A stretch of DNA of 64,000 bases, taken from Nemertoderma westbladi. Its lineage: Eukaryota; Animalia; Xenacoelomorpha. Below are positions 38,529 to 49,225 of this stretch, piece after piece. The stretch is taken from NCBI GenBank assembly GCA_032718475.1, contig JAUCBJ010008641.1, positions 15,847 to 79,846 of the forward strand, written 5' to 3'. The stretch's first letter is position 1. Each line of letters begins with the position of its first letter. The notes beneath the pieces are model-generated. The model saw nothing but the letters and a program-made list of their open reading frames with translations, was not told the origin of the DNA and did not search any database. Position numbers and translations under genes: made by a program.

Positions 38529-41499
38529 GGGCGGGCGACAAGAAGCTCCGTTAGTGCTAACGGCGCCGTTAACTACAATTTTGAGCGACACGAAACCTCC
38601 GTTAAATTAACGCCGGCTTTAACTATCGGAAGCCAGCGACTCGAAGCTCCGTTACACTAACGGAGGACTCTCCGTTAAGGTATTTTACACCATCCACCAG
38701 TAGGCAACTTTAAGGTTCCGTTAAGAAATATTTTGTATTCTACTCTATATAACTAATAGGCGAGTCAATCTAGCCGAAAAAGGGGGTCAACCCATAACAA
38801 ATTCGCAATTCATCCAAACCAATTTTTTGTTATTCTACATTACCTTGTTAATACCTCCAAAAAAGTCTATAAAAATATATTATGCGGATCTCCTTCAATT
38901 TTCTGTTTCTTTCCTTAGCAACATGGATTTTACATAGCAACAAGGGGTCTAGTGGTGGGATTTTCTCCAAATTTGGTACAGACAAACTTTACTCTAATGA
39001 CTATCGATTGACAGAAGTATGCACTTCTAGATAGTTACCAATTTAGTTTCCAGAGCAACGGAAATTTGTCTAATCAGTTAACTATTATTAATACCAATTT
39101 TGCTGGTACAATATAACGACCTTATTTACACAACTTCTCTACTAAACAGGTGGATGTAACCTCGCCGATCGGATTTATCGAACTCAAAAACCCTTATCCC
39201 CAAAAAATGTATTTGTTATATTATAAACTATTGTAAAACAAATAAATAAATTACACCTAAAATCAATAGAGCTATCACAATTTAATTATGTGAAACATCT
39301 TCACTAACATTAATAGTCGAGTCAATCTAGCAAAAAACCCATAAGTATTTCGCAATCAATCCGAACCACACATTTTGGATTCTATATTACCTTATAAATG
39401 ACCAAAAAAAGTCTACAAAATTTTATTTTGCAGATCATATGTTTATTCATGGAAATTCTGCGTAAATTTGTATAACACAAGCCAAACAAAAGGAACAGTA
39501 GGGAAAAGTAAGTAGCAAATTGGTGGTGTTCCAGAATAATTTAATTAATTTCACAATAAGCTGTGATTCAATGGGAAATTAGTAATATTTACACTGGCGT
39601 GTTACACATTAATTGCTATATCTCGGTAACTAGAAGTCGTATCAAATTTTTAAATATATCAAAAACTTCTCGATATATTAAGCTAACTGTTGTAAAAATT
39701 TATACGATTCCACTGCAAGGAAATTTCATAATTTCCATTAATGTTAGTGAAGAATTTTCACATAATGAAATTGTGATTGCTCTATTGATTTTAGGTGTAA
39801 TTTATTTATTTGTTTTAGTTTGAAAACCGCAATAGTTTATCATATAACGAATAAATTTTTTGGGGATAAGGGTTTTTGAGGTCTATAAATCCGATTGGCG
39901 AGGTTACATCCACCCGATTAGTAGAGAAGTTGCGTATATAAGTGGTATAATAATGAGTATTATTTATATTGTACCAGCAAAATTGGTATTTAAAATAGTT
40001 AAATTATTAGAAAAATTTCCGTTGTTCGGGAAACTAAATTGGTAACTATCTAGAAGTGCATACTTTCTGTCAATCGATAGTCATTAGAGTAAAGTTTGTC
40101 TGTACCAAATTTGGAGAAAATCCACCAATAGACCCCTTGTTGCTATGTAAAATCCATGTTGCTAAGGAAAGAAACAGGAAATTGAAGGTGATCCGCATAA
40201 TATATTTTTATAGACTTTTTTGGGGGTATTAACAAGGTAATGCAGAATAAAAAATTGTATAATTTTTTTACAACGGTTACCTTAATATATCGTGAAGTTG
40301 TTGATGTATTTGATGCGACTTTTAGTTACCGAGATATAGCAATTAATGTGTACAGTAACACGCCAGTGTAAATATTACTCATTTCACATTGAATCACAGC
40401 TTATTGTGAAATTAATTAAATTATTCTGGAACATCACCAATTTGCTACTTACTCTTCCCTACTGTTGCTTTTGTTTGGCTTGTGTTAATCAAATTTACGC
40501 AGAATTTCCATGAATGAACATATGATCCGCAAAATAAAATTTTATAGACTTTTTTTTGGTCATTAATAAGGTAATATAGAATCCAAAATGTGTGGTTTGG
40601 ATTGATTACGAAATACTTATGGGTTTTTTTGCTAGATTGACTCGACTATGTATAAATACATTCTGAAAAACTATATTTCTAGCTTTCATAGTTGCTTTCA
40701 TAGAATTCACGTTGTGTGACATTCAATAATCTTCGCATTATCCAAGTCCTATTTGTCGGTAGTTCTAATTAAACAATGTGGGGCATTTTATTCTAGAACA
40801 ATTATTATTTGTTCTAGAACAAACAAACAAAAAACTAGCTAATTTGTTAATTTTTTATTCCATGTTATCTTTGTATCACATATTTAATAAAAATCACTAT
40901 CTACAATGAAAATTTGTAGTTGTTGTTAATTGTTTTTAACACATACTAATCAAATAAAAGGACCTGTTCAATCACAGTTAAACACAGTTCAACGTAGTTT
41001 TCCGTCATCAGTTAGACCCTTTCAGCAATCTTCGAGATACATAATTTAACGAACGATTCCTCAATGACCAGGTGGAAGTCGTTGGTCATTGAGAGATAGA
41101 GTAGATTTCTACCCAATACTCGGGCACTCCATATGCTCTATTACATTAGTTGTTTTGATGATGTTACATTCCTGATCTTAACATTAATTGTGTGCGCTAT
41201 TGCCTAAACATGAAACTGTAGCGGTAGTATTTGCTGCCTTTGGTGTACATCATTTTTTAGACGGCACTCCAACAATAACATTATCGAGTTGCCTAAGCAA
41301 CCACAACAACATTCACGTGTACGCAACTTTATCATCATTTGGAAAGTATCACTTTTATTACTAACGGAGCCTTAATGGAGAACTCACTAACGGAGGCCTA
41401 AATACTCGTTCGTGTCGGCCATTATGAGTTCTCCGTTAAGTGCACTTCCGTTAAACCTCCGTTAACTTTAAAATTAACGGAGCTTCGTGTCGCCCGCCC
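38529..41499. mobile_element. Non-autonomous PIF/Harbinger-type DNA transposon
   Basis: TIRs GGGCGGGCGACA(A/C)GAAGCTCCGTTA. CAG TSD at 38526-38528 and 41500-41502. Subterminal CTCCGTTA/TAACGGAG repeats. Confidence 0.8.
38757..40649. mobile_element. Nested foldback-like insertion with interleaved long inverted repeats
   Basis: About 38820-39314 is inverted at about 39736-40256, and about 39313-39708 is inverted at about 40255-40649. Termini carry CGAGTCAATCTAGC. Confidence 0.75.
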
Positions 41500-42243
41500 C
41501 AGGTTTGGTGGGAAGATTTAAACTTTGAAGTCTATTATCTCGGAATGACAATTTTTAAATTACTAAGACTCCTCCGCCAGTTTTAACTTATTTTCTTTAT
41601 TTTTAGCTCATTCGAAAGGGTTTCGGCAGTTGGTTCTTTAAAAGTTATCGGCTGGAATTTTTATATTTCGCTTTTTAAAGACAATTTTTCAGATTACAGC
41701 CAAAAAATCAGTGAAAATTTTGTCCTATTTACATAAATATTAAATAATATTAATTAATTTTCATAAAAATTCAAAAACTAAAAATTTTAACCCATATCTA
41801 TTGTGGAGCTCACCTCCGTAATTCGAAAAAAATTTGTTTCAGCCAATTTCACGCTAGAGGGCTACTGGAAATTTGATCATTTTTCGAAAAAAACTATATT
41901 TTAGCCATATTAACAGCCCATACTGTATAAAATAATAATATTTTCATTTAGTAGAAATTGTGGACATTTAAAAAGTGTTATGGGGTGGGGGGGAGAAATG
42001 CACATTTAACAAACACATTATTACCATCAACATCTTGTGGGGCGAGTCACAACTGCGAGCCATCCAGCCATCAGCGATCTGTTAGAATTATACTATGGCC
42101 GTTTTCCAAAAGGCTGTTGGTGTGCGTGTGTGTGTCATAATATTGTATGAAGTCAATTTATAGACAATAATTGTTCGCTATGATGGCTTTGCAGGTTTTG
42201 CTGCACGAAGGCACCACTCGAGTTACTTAGTTGTATAACATAA

Positions 42244-42473
42244 TCTATACCGGTACCTATAAAAATCAAATTCTCTCTCTCTCTGTGTGTTCGAACTCCT
42301 CCAAAACGGGCAGAGGGATTGCGCTGGAACTTGGCATGTGTGTATAACTTTAACCAGCGGTCGTTATAGGCCACTTTTCGAAAAGTTTAATTCACGTTCG
42401 GTACCGGTACGTCAGTAGGCCTATGCCGGTAGTGGGAAATACCGGGTAACATGCCTCGGGTATTGCCTGCTAG
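42244..42473 (+). mobile_element. Non-autonomous Helitron
   Basis: 5' A|TC start, 3' hairpin (AATACCGGG...CTCGGGTATT), then CTAG|T. No TSD. Confidence 0.7.
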
Positions 42474-43182
42474 TTAACAATAAATTCTGACACATGCAGC
42501 AGTAGTGGGTCATAAACAACTTTGCATTTTCCCCCAGCAGCCCAATAGCACGAGGCAGCAGTTATACAAAATAATCTCCTTTCGATATCTCTCCTGCATA
42601 TGGTGCAATAATTCCGCCAGCGACCACTGCTACGACTTTAATGAGTTGATGTATTTGATGTCAGCTCTGGCCTAACATTAGTTCTTCCAACAACCTTGTT
42701 CCATTTGTCCGTGTTTATACTGTAGCTTCACTTGCTAGGACATTAGTGAACTTTCCAGTCAACATTCCCAACTGGACTGATAACCGTGAGACTTTCGTTG
42801 ATTTTGCTGAGAACTATTTCGGCGTTTGAAATCACACTTCTTACAACACAAAAATCTCTTACCAATAATATGGTTGTAATCTATACACCGATTAGTTATA
42901 TTTCGCATCGATGAACCTGTGATGCTGCTGGTGGTGGACTCAGGACTCCACCAGCAGTTTATGAATGGCGTAAAAATATATTTCTATCTATGGGAACGAT
43001 AACGGACGAGTCGGCTGACGAATAGCAATATCAAGCTTATTGAATACAATGAGATTCATATAATGTTTAAATAATGTCATTTTATTGTAATAATAAAAGG
43101 TTCTTAAGTTTATTAAATAAACAATAAATATAAATACATACTGTAGGGCCTAGTTATTAAATACAGGAAGAGGCAACGTTTC

Positions 43183-43443
43183 TACTACTATACTGTAGTG
43201 TAGTACAGTACTACTATACTTTACTGTAGCGTAGTACTACTATACTTTACTGTAGTGTAGTACTACTATACTATACTGTAGTGTAGTACTACTATACTTT
43301 ACTGTAGTGTAGTACTACTATACTTTACTGTAGTGTAGTACTACTATACTTTACTGTAGTGTAGTACTACTATACTTTACTGTAGTGTAGTACTACTATA
43401 CTTTACTGTAGTGTAGTACTACTATACTATACTGTAGTGTAGT
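43183..43443. repeat. 26-bp satellite B, left arm (TACTACTATACTTTACTGTAGTGTAG)
   Basis: About 10 units, continuing after the retrotransposon. Confidence 0.97.
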
Positions 43444-43573
43444 GCAGTACTGATTATACTGAGCCTTTGTAGTTTGCCGATAATTGGAAGCGATCCGCCC
43501 CTTGTGAGTGCTGCGGTTTAAAAGAACAGTCGCGGACAAGGATAGTATATAGTAGAGACGACTGAATCTTTCG

Positions 43574-46500
43574 ATGGTGGTCTGTTGCGGTTGCAACCCT
43601 AAAGCGGGCCGATGTTTGAAGTGCGTGTGCGCCCGTACGGGCAGAAAATGCACAGACTGCGCGCCTTCTAAGTGGGGAAACTGTACGAACTCTGGTGGAC
43701 AAGTAGCGCGGTCCTCCAGTACGGTCTCTCAACTTTCCTGCTCACAACCCCAGCCAACTAGAGACGCCTTGCAGATGCCTGCGCTAGGGACCCTTTCTCA
43801 GCCAACGGATAGCGCATTCGGTATATCCGGCAACGACACTCTGTTAGACTTAGACGATACCATAAATGGGGACAAAGTAAGCCAATCCCATCCTCTAATA
43901 TCGGCGGTTCCTAGCCAGTCGGATCCCCCATTGTCGGTTGATGCTCTGTCGGGTCCCCCAGTGTCGGTTGGTGCTCAGTCGGGTCCCTCAGTGTCGGTTG
44001 GTGCTCAGTCGGGTCCCCCAGTGTCGGTTAGTGCTCAGTCGGGTCCCCCAGTGTCGGTTGGTGCCCCGTCGGGTCCCTCAGTGTCGGTTGGTGCTCAGTC
44101 GGGTCCCCCAGTGTCGGATGGTGCTCAGTTAGGTCCCACAGTGCCGGCTGGCGCCCAGTCGGGTCTCCCAGTGTCGGTTAGTGCTCAGTCGGGTACCCCA
44201 GTGTCGGTTGGTGCCCCGTCGGGTCCCCCAGTGTCGGTTGGTGCTCAGTCGGGTCCCCCAGTGTCGGATGGTGCTCATTTATGTCCCACAGTGTCGGCTG
44301 GTGCTCAGTCGGGTCTCCCAGTGTCGGTTAGTGCTCAGTCGGGTCCCCCAGTGTCGGTTGGCGCTAAGTCAGGTCCCCCAGCGTCGGTTAGTGCTCAGTC
44401 GGATTCCCCAGTGTCGTTTGGTGCACAGTCGGGTCCCCCAGTGTCGGTTGGTGCTCAATTGGGTCCCCCCGTGTCGGTTGGTGCTCAGTCAGGTCCCCCC
44501 GTGTCGGTTGGTGCTCAGTCGAGTCCCCCAGTGTTGGTTGGTGCTCAGTCGGGTCCCACAGTGTCGGTAGGTGCTGCGTCGGTTCCCCTGGTGTCAATCG
44601 GTGCTCATTCGGGTCAACCTATGCCGGTTGGTGCTCAGACGCGTCCCCCTGTGTCGGTTGGTGCTCAATCGGGTCCCCCCGTGTCGGTTGGTGCTCAGTC
44701 AGGTTCCCCTGTGTCGGTTGGTGTCCAGTCGGGTCAACCTCTGTCGGTTGCTGCTCAGTCGGGTCCACCTGTGTCGGTTGGCGCCCATTCTGGTCCCGAT
44801 GTGCCTGTTGGTGCTCAGTCCAGTCCCCCAGTGCCGGTTAGTGCTCAGTCGGGTCCCCCAGTGTCAGTTGGTGCTCATTCGGGTCCTCCAGTATCGGTTG
44901 GTGGTCAGTCGAGTCCCGGAGTGTCGGTTGGTGCTCAGTCCAGTCCCCCAGTGTCGGTTGGTGCTCAGTCGGGTGGTACTCAGTCGGGTCAACCTGTGTC
45001 GGTTGGTGCTCCGTCTGGTCTACCTGTGCCGGTTGGTGCTCAGTCGGGTCCCCCAGTGTCGGTTGGTGCTCAGTTGGGTCCCATCATGCCGGTTGGTGCT
45101 CAGTCGGGTCAACGTGTGTCGGTTGGTGCTCAGTCGGGTCAACCTGTGCCGGTTGGTGCTCAGTCGGGTCCCCCAGTGTCGGTTGGTGCTCAGTCGGGTC
45201 CCCCAGTGTCGGATGGTGCTCATTTATGTCCCACAGTGTCGGCTGGTGCTCAGTCGGGTCTCCCAGTGTCGGTTAGTGCTCAGTCGGGTCCCCCAGTGTC
45301 GGTTGGCGCTAAGTCAGGTCCCCCAGCGTCGGTTAGTGCTCAGTCGGATTCCCCAGTGTCGTTTGGTGCACAGTCGGGTCCCCCAGTGTCGGTTGGTGCT
45401 CAATTGGGTCCCCCCGTGTCGGTTGGTGCTCAGTCAGGTCCCCCCGTGTCGGTTGGTGCTCAGTCGAGTCCCCCAGTGTTGGTTGGTGCTCAGTCGGGTC
45501 CCACAGTGTCGGTAGGTGCTGCGTCGGTTCCCCTGGTGTCAATCGGTGCTCATTCGGGTCAACCTATGCCGGTTGGTGCTCAGACGCGTCCCCCTGTGTC
45601 GGTTGGTGCTCAATCGGGTCCCCCCGTGTCGGTTGGTGCTCAGTCAGGTTCCCCTGTGTCGGTTGGTGTCCAGTCGGGTCAACCTCTGTCGGTTGCTGCT
45701 CAGTCGGGTCCACCTGTGTCGGTTGGCGCCCATTCTGGTCCCGATGTGCCTGTTGGTGCTCAGTCCAGTCCCCCAGTGCCGGTTAGTGCTCAGTCGGGTC
45801 CCCCAGTGTCAGTTGGTGCTCATTCGGGTCCTCCAGTATCGGTTGGTGGTCAGTCGAGTCCCGGAGTGTCGGTTGGTGCTCAGTCCAGTCCCCCAGTGTC
45901 GGTTGGTGCTCAGTCGGGTGGTACTCAGTCGGGTCAACCTGTGTCGGTTGGTGCTCCGTCTGGTCTACCTGTGCCGGTTGGTGCTCAGTCGGGTCCCCCA
46001 GTGTCGGTTGGTGCTCAGTTGGGTCCCATCATGCCGGTTGGTGCTCAGTCGGGTCAACGTGTGTCGGTTGGTGCTCAGTCGGGTCAACCTGTGCCGGTTG
46101 GTGCTCAGTCGGGTCCCCCAGTGTCGGTTGGTGCTCAGTCGGGTCCCCCAGTGTCGGTTGGTGCTCAGTCGGGTAAACCTGCGGCGGTTGGCGCGCAGTC
46201 CGGTCACCCAGTGTCGGTTGGTGCTCGGTCGGGTCAACCTGTGTCTTTTGGTGCTCAGTCGGGTCCCCCAGTATCGGCTGATGCTCAGTCTGGTCGACCT
46301 TCGGCGGTTGGTGCTCAGTCCGGTCCCCCAGTGTCGCCAAACACTACAGTGCCTCCTACCGCCAGGGGGCACGGGTCTAATGCTGTTGCCTGGTTTGGGA
46401 CCAGCTTACATTTAGACGTGTTCGCCGAATCAGTCCATAAGGTGCACGACGCGATCGTACATTGGCGCCCCAACCTATTCCTCCTACCCCCCGGTGCGAT

Positions 46501-49225
46501 CGGACGCGAAGTGGTTCAGGAGATGACTCGGCTGCTAAATATGTTTAATGCAGGGTCACTATCTGGCGAGGCGGCGCTCACCGCGCAATTTATCTTACCC
46601 GCTCTGCTGCTACAGAAGCCCAGCCGCACTTCAACCACCGCGACCCACCGGAGAATTCTAGAACGCCGTATTTCTTCGTGGAAGTCAGGCGAGATTATCG
46701 AGCTGTTTAACGAGGCCAGGGCCATACAATCCCACCTCCCAAAGGTTTCGGCCCGGGCCAAACAACTCAGGAATACCGCGGCGGAGAGGGCTTTCTGTAA
46801 GCATATGTTAACGGGAAACGTTTCTGCGGCAGTGCGTACGCTGGATGAGATGGCCAAGGGTCAAGTGTTGAACCTGGATGAGGTAATCACCGACAAACAT
46901 GGGGTTCGCAAGTCGGTTCGCGAGTTCCTCCTGGACAAACACCCCCCTCCAGCTCCAGCCCACGAGTCCACCCTTATCGGTGAGTCTGATGACGCTCCCG
47001 AATATCACAGCGTCATATTCGAGAGGATAGACGCTCAGTTGATCCAATCGATGTTTCTGCGCTTCCGGGGAACAGCAGGAGGGCCATCTGGTCTCGATGT
47101 CCAGGGCTGGAAGCACCTCGCGACACGGTTCCGCAACCCTTCTGTCGACCTGTGCACCAGCATCGCAAATACGGCGAAGAGGATGGCCCAATCTTCGAAT
47201 GACCCGCGCGAGCTGGCATCCTTGCTAGCCGCCCGTCTCGTCGCTATCGATAAGTGTCCCGGGGTCCGCCCAATAGGAGTCGGAGAGGTCTTGCGGAGGG
47301 TCATCGGGAAGGCTATCATTAGCTGTATCTCGGAGGATCTCCAGAGCGTGGGCGGTACCACCCAGATGTGCTGCGGCCAGAAGGCAGGTATCGAGCACGC
47401 CATCCACAGCCTGAATGACGCGTTTGCGAGCGACGACTGCGAGGCGGTGCTGCAGGTGGACGCGAACAACGCGTTCAACTCGTTGAACCGCGCCGCAGCA
47501 CTGCACAATATCCGCCATGTCTGTCCCTCTCTCCACACCGTTGTATCGAACTGTTACTCCCTCCCAACGAAGCTTTACATAGGCGGGGAGTTCATATTAT
47601 CGGCCGAAGGATCAACCCAGGGCGACCCCATTGCTATGCAGATGTACGCGATGGGATCGATGCCGCTGATCGGCGAGCTGGACGACGCGTCGGAGGTCCT
47701 TCAGAAGTGGTATGCCGATGACGCGAACGCGGCGGGAACATTGGTAGAGCTCCGTAAGTTCTGGGACCTGTTGGCGGAACGAGGGCCGCTGTACGGTTAC
47801 AACCCCACAAAGTGTCACTTGCTCGTAAAGCCGGATCTGCTGGAGGAAGCTAAGCGGATGTTCCCCGAGGAATGTTTTACCATCGGGACTGCTGGGAACA
47901 ATCTCCTCGGTGGAGTGATCGGGAACGCTGAGTACCGGGAGGAGTTCGTCCGGAAGAAGGTCGACGAGTTTGTCGCCCAGTTACATCAACTCAGCAAGGT
48001 CGCAGCAATCGACCCGCACTGTGCCTACGCCGGCCTAGCTATCGGATTAGTTGCTCGATGGAGGTTCATCGCAAGGGTTGTCCCGGGGGCCATGGATTTC
48101 TTCGAGAAGCTCGAGGAGTCCGTCGTCCAGTTCCTCCAGGGCCTGACCAACCGCCCCGTCATCACTCCCGAGGAGCGCGGGCTGCTCTCGCTACCAGTTC
48201 GCCACGGCGGGCTAGCGATCCCGACTCCCGAGGACTTACGAATCGAAAACGGCAACTCCAGGTGGATCTGCGAACCGTTTACGGAGGTCGTGGAACCGGT
48301 CGCTATAAGGGAGGCGCAAAAGTTCATCGCCACCCGGATCAAGGCGAGGGCCGTGCCGGCACTGAAGGAGAAGGTGGAGTCGGTTAGTTCGGACCTACCC
48401 GAGAATCAACGGAGGTTGACGGAGCTCGTGGCGGAACCTGGCGCCTCGGCCTGGCTCAACGCGCGCCCCATAACCCTCCACGATACCCACCTAACTAAAG
48501 AGGAGTTCCGCGACGCATTGTGTCTGCGTTATGGGTGGCAGCCCGAGTCGCTCCCAGCCCGTTGTGCCTGTGGGACAAGATTTTCAACAAACCACATCTT
48601 GTCTTGTCCCACCGGCGGTTACCCGTCAATTAGGCACAACGAGCTCCGGGATTTCGTCGCCACAACGTTAACCGAGGTCGCTCATAACGTTGCCATCGAG
48701 CCGCACCTGCAGCCAATCACCGGCGAGCAGTTCTCCCGCACGTCCACTTCCGTGGACCAACAAGCTCGGTTGGACGTGTCGGTCTCCGGGTTCTGGGGGA
48801 ATCGATATCAAAAGACGTACATAGATGTATCCGTCTTCAACCCCCTCGCCCCGACCAACGCCGCAATGGACGTCGACGCAGCCCACCTATTCCACGAAAC
48901 CCGGAAACGCAACAAATATCTGGAACGGATCCGGGAAGTCGAGCACGCCACGTTCACCCCGCTGATATTCTCAGCGTTGGGGGGAATATCTCCCTCCACG
49001 ACGCTGTTCGTGAAGCACCTCGCTTCAAAGCTGGCGGACCGGCGCGAGCTGCGCTACTCGGAGTGCGTGAGCTGGGTGCGGAGGCAGTTCAGCTTCGCGC
49101 TGCTGCGGGCCTCCCTGATGTGCATAAGAGGGTCGAGATCGGCACGGAAACGCCCAGTATTTGTTGGGGCAGAAGCATCGCCGTCCATCTTGCTGGCCAA
49201 CGCCGACACAAGGGTGGGACAGTAG
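43574..49225 (+). CDS. CRE-like polyprotein: Cys-rich N-terminus, decapeptide repeats, reverse transcriptase, CCHC knuckle, restriction-like endonuclease
   Basis: GPSGLD, GVRPIGVGEVLRR, DANNAFNSLNR, GSTQGDP, WYADD, CACG-x5-NHILSC, RHNELRD, RLDV, IDVSV and E..KRNKY motifs. Confidence 0.93.
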   Translation: MVVCCGCNPKAGRCLKCVCARTGRKCTDCAPSKWGNCTNSGGQVARSSSTVSQLSCSQPQPTRDALQMPALGTLSQPTDSAFGISGNDTLLDLDDTINGDKVSQSHPLISAVPSQSDPPLSVDALSGPPVSVGAQSGPSVSVGAQSGPPVSVSAQSGPPVSVGAPSGPSVSVGAQSGPPVSDGAQLGPTVPAGAQSGLPVSVSAQSGTPVSVGAPSGPPVSVGAQSGPPVSDGAHLCPTVSAGAQSGLPVSVSAQSGPPVSVGAKSGPPASVSAQSDSPVSFGAQSGPPVSVGAQLGPPVSVGAQSGPPVSVGAQSSPPVLVGAQSGPTVSVGAASVPLVSIGAHSGQPMPVGAQTRPPVSVGAQSGPPVSVGAQSGSPVSVGVQSGQPLSVAAQSGPPVSVGAHSGPDVPVGAQSSPPVPVSAQSGPPVSVGAHSGPPVSVGGQSSPGVSVGAQSSPPVSVGAQSGGTQSGQPVSVGAPSGLPVPVGAQSGPPVSVGAQLGPIMPVGAQSGQRVSVGAQSGQPVPVGAQSGPPVSVGAQSGPPVSDGAHLCPTVSAGAQSGLPVSVSAQSGPPVSVGAKSGPPASVSAQSDSPVSFGAQSGPPVSVGAQLGPPVSVGAQSGPPVSVGAQSSPPVLVGAQSGPTVSVGAASVPLVSIGAHSGQPMPVGAQTRPPVSVGAQSGPPVSVGAQSGSPVSVGVQSGQPLSVAAQSGPPVSVGAHSGPDVPVGAQSSPPVPVSAQSGPPVSVGAHSGPPVSVGGQSSPGVSVGAQSSPPVSVGAQSGGTQSGQPVSVGAPSGLPVPVGAQSGPPVSVGAQLGPIMPVGAQSGQRVSVGAQSGQPVPVGAQSGPPVSVGAQSGPPVSVGAQSGKPAAVGAQSGHPVSVGARSGQPVSFGAQSGPPVSADAQSGRPSAVGAQSGPPVSPNTTVPPTARGHGSNAVAWFGTSLHLDVFAESVHKVHDAIVHWRPNLFLLPPGAIGREVVQEMTRLLNMFNAGSLSGEAALTAQFILPALLLQKPSRTSTTATHRRILERRISSWKSGEIIELFNEARAIQSHLPKVSARAKQLRNTAAERAFCKHMLTGNVSAAVRTLDEMAKGQVLNLDEVITDKHGVRKSVREFLLDKHPPPAPAHESTLIGESDDAPEYHSVIFERIDAQLIQSMFLRFRGTAGGPSGLDVQGWKHLATRFRNPSVDLCTSIANTAKRMAQSSNDPRELASLLAARLVAIDKCPGVRPIGVGEVLRRVIGKAIISCISEDLQSVGGTTQMCCGQKAGIEHAIHSLNDAFASDDCEAVLQVDANNAFNSLNRAAALHNIRHVCPSLHTVVSNCYSLPTKLYIGGEFILSAEGSTQGDPIAMQMYAMGSMPLIGELDDASEVLQKWYADDANAAGTLVELRKFWDLLAERGPLYGYNPTKCHLLVKPDLLEEAKRMFPEECFTIGTAGNNLLGGVIGNAEYREEFVRKKVDEFVAQLHQLSKVAAIDPHCAYAGLAIGLVARWRFIARVVPGAMDFFEKLEESVVQFLQGLTNRPVITPEERGLLSLPVRHGGLAIPTPEDLRIENGNSRWICEPFTEVVEPVAIREAQKFIATRIKARAVPALKEKVESVSSDLPENQRRLTELVAEPGASAWLNARPITLHDTHLTKEEFRDALCLRYGWQPESLPARCACGTRFSTNHILSCPTGGYPSIRHNELRDFVATTLTEVAHNVAIEPHLQPITGEQFSRTSTSVDQQARLDVSVSGFWGNRYQKTYIDVSVFNPLAPTNAAMDVDAAHLFHETRKRNKYLERIREVEHATFTPLIFSALGGISPSTTLFVKHLASKLADRRELRYSECVSWVRRQFSFALLRASLMCIRGSRSARKRPVFVGAEASPSILLANADTRVGQ
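43913..46337 (+). repeat. Coding 30-bp minisatellite (GAQSGPPVSV)n, about 80 units, with a 945-bp internal duplication
   Basis: Visible in DNA and protein. Diagnostic variants recur at offset 945 (44261 vs 45206, and ORFs 44571 vs 45516). Confidence 0.95.

Noticed and set aside
42480-43050. Coding-like composition and a hairpin at about 42925-42958
   Set aside because: The frames I translated are interrupted by stops and show no recognisable domain.
43444-43573. Possible HDV-like ribozyme in the CRE 5' UTR
   Set aside because: Some pairing (CCTTGT/ACAAGG) is visible but I could not build the nested double pseudoknot by eye. It needs a descriptor search.
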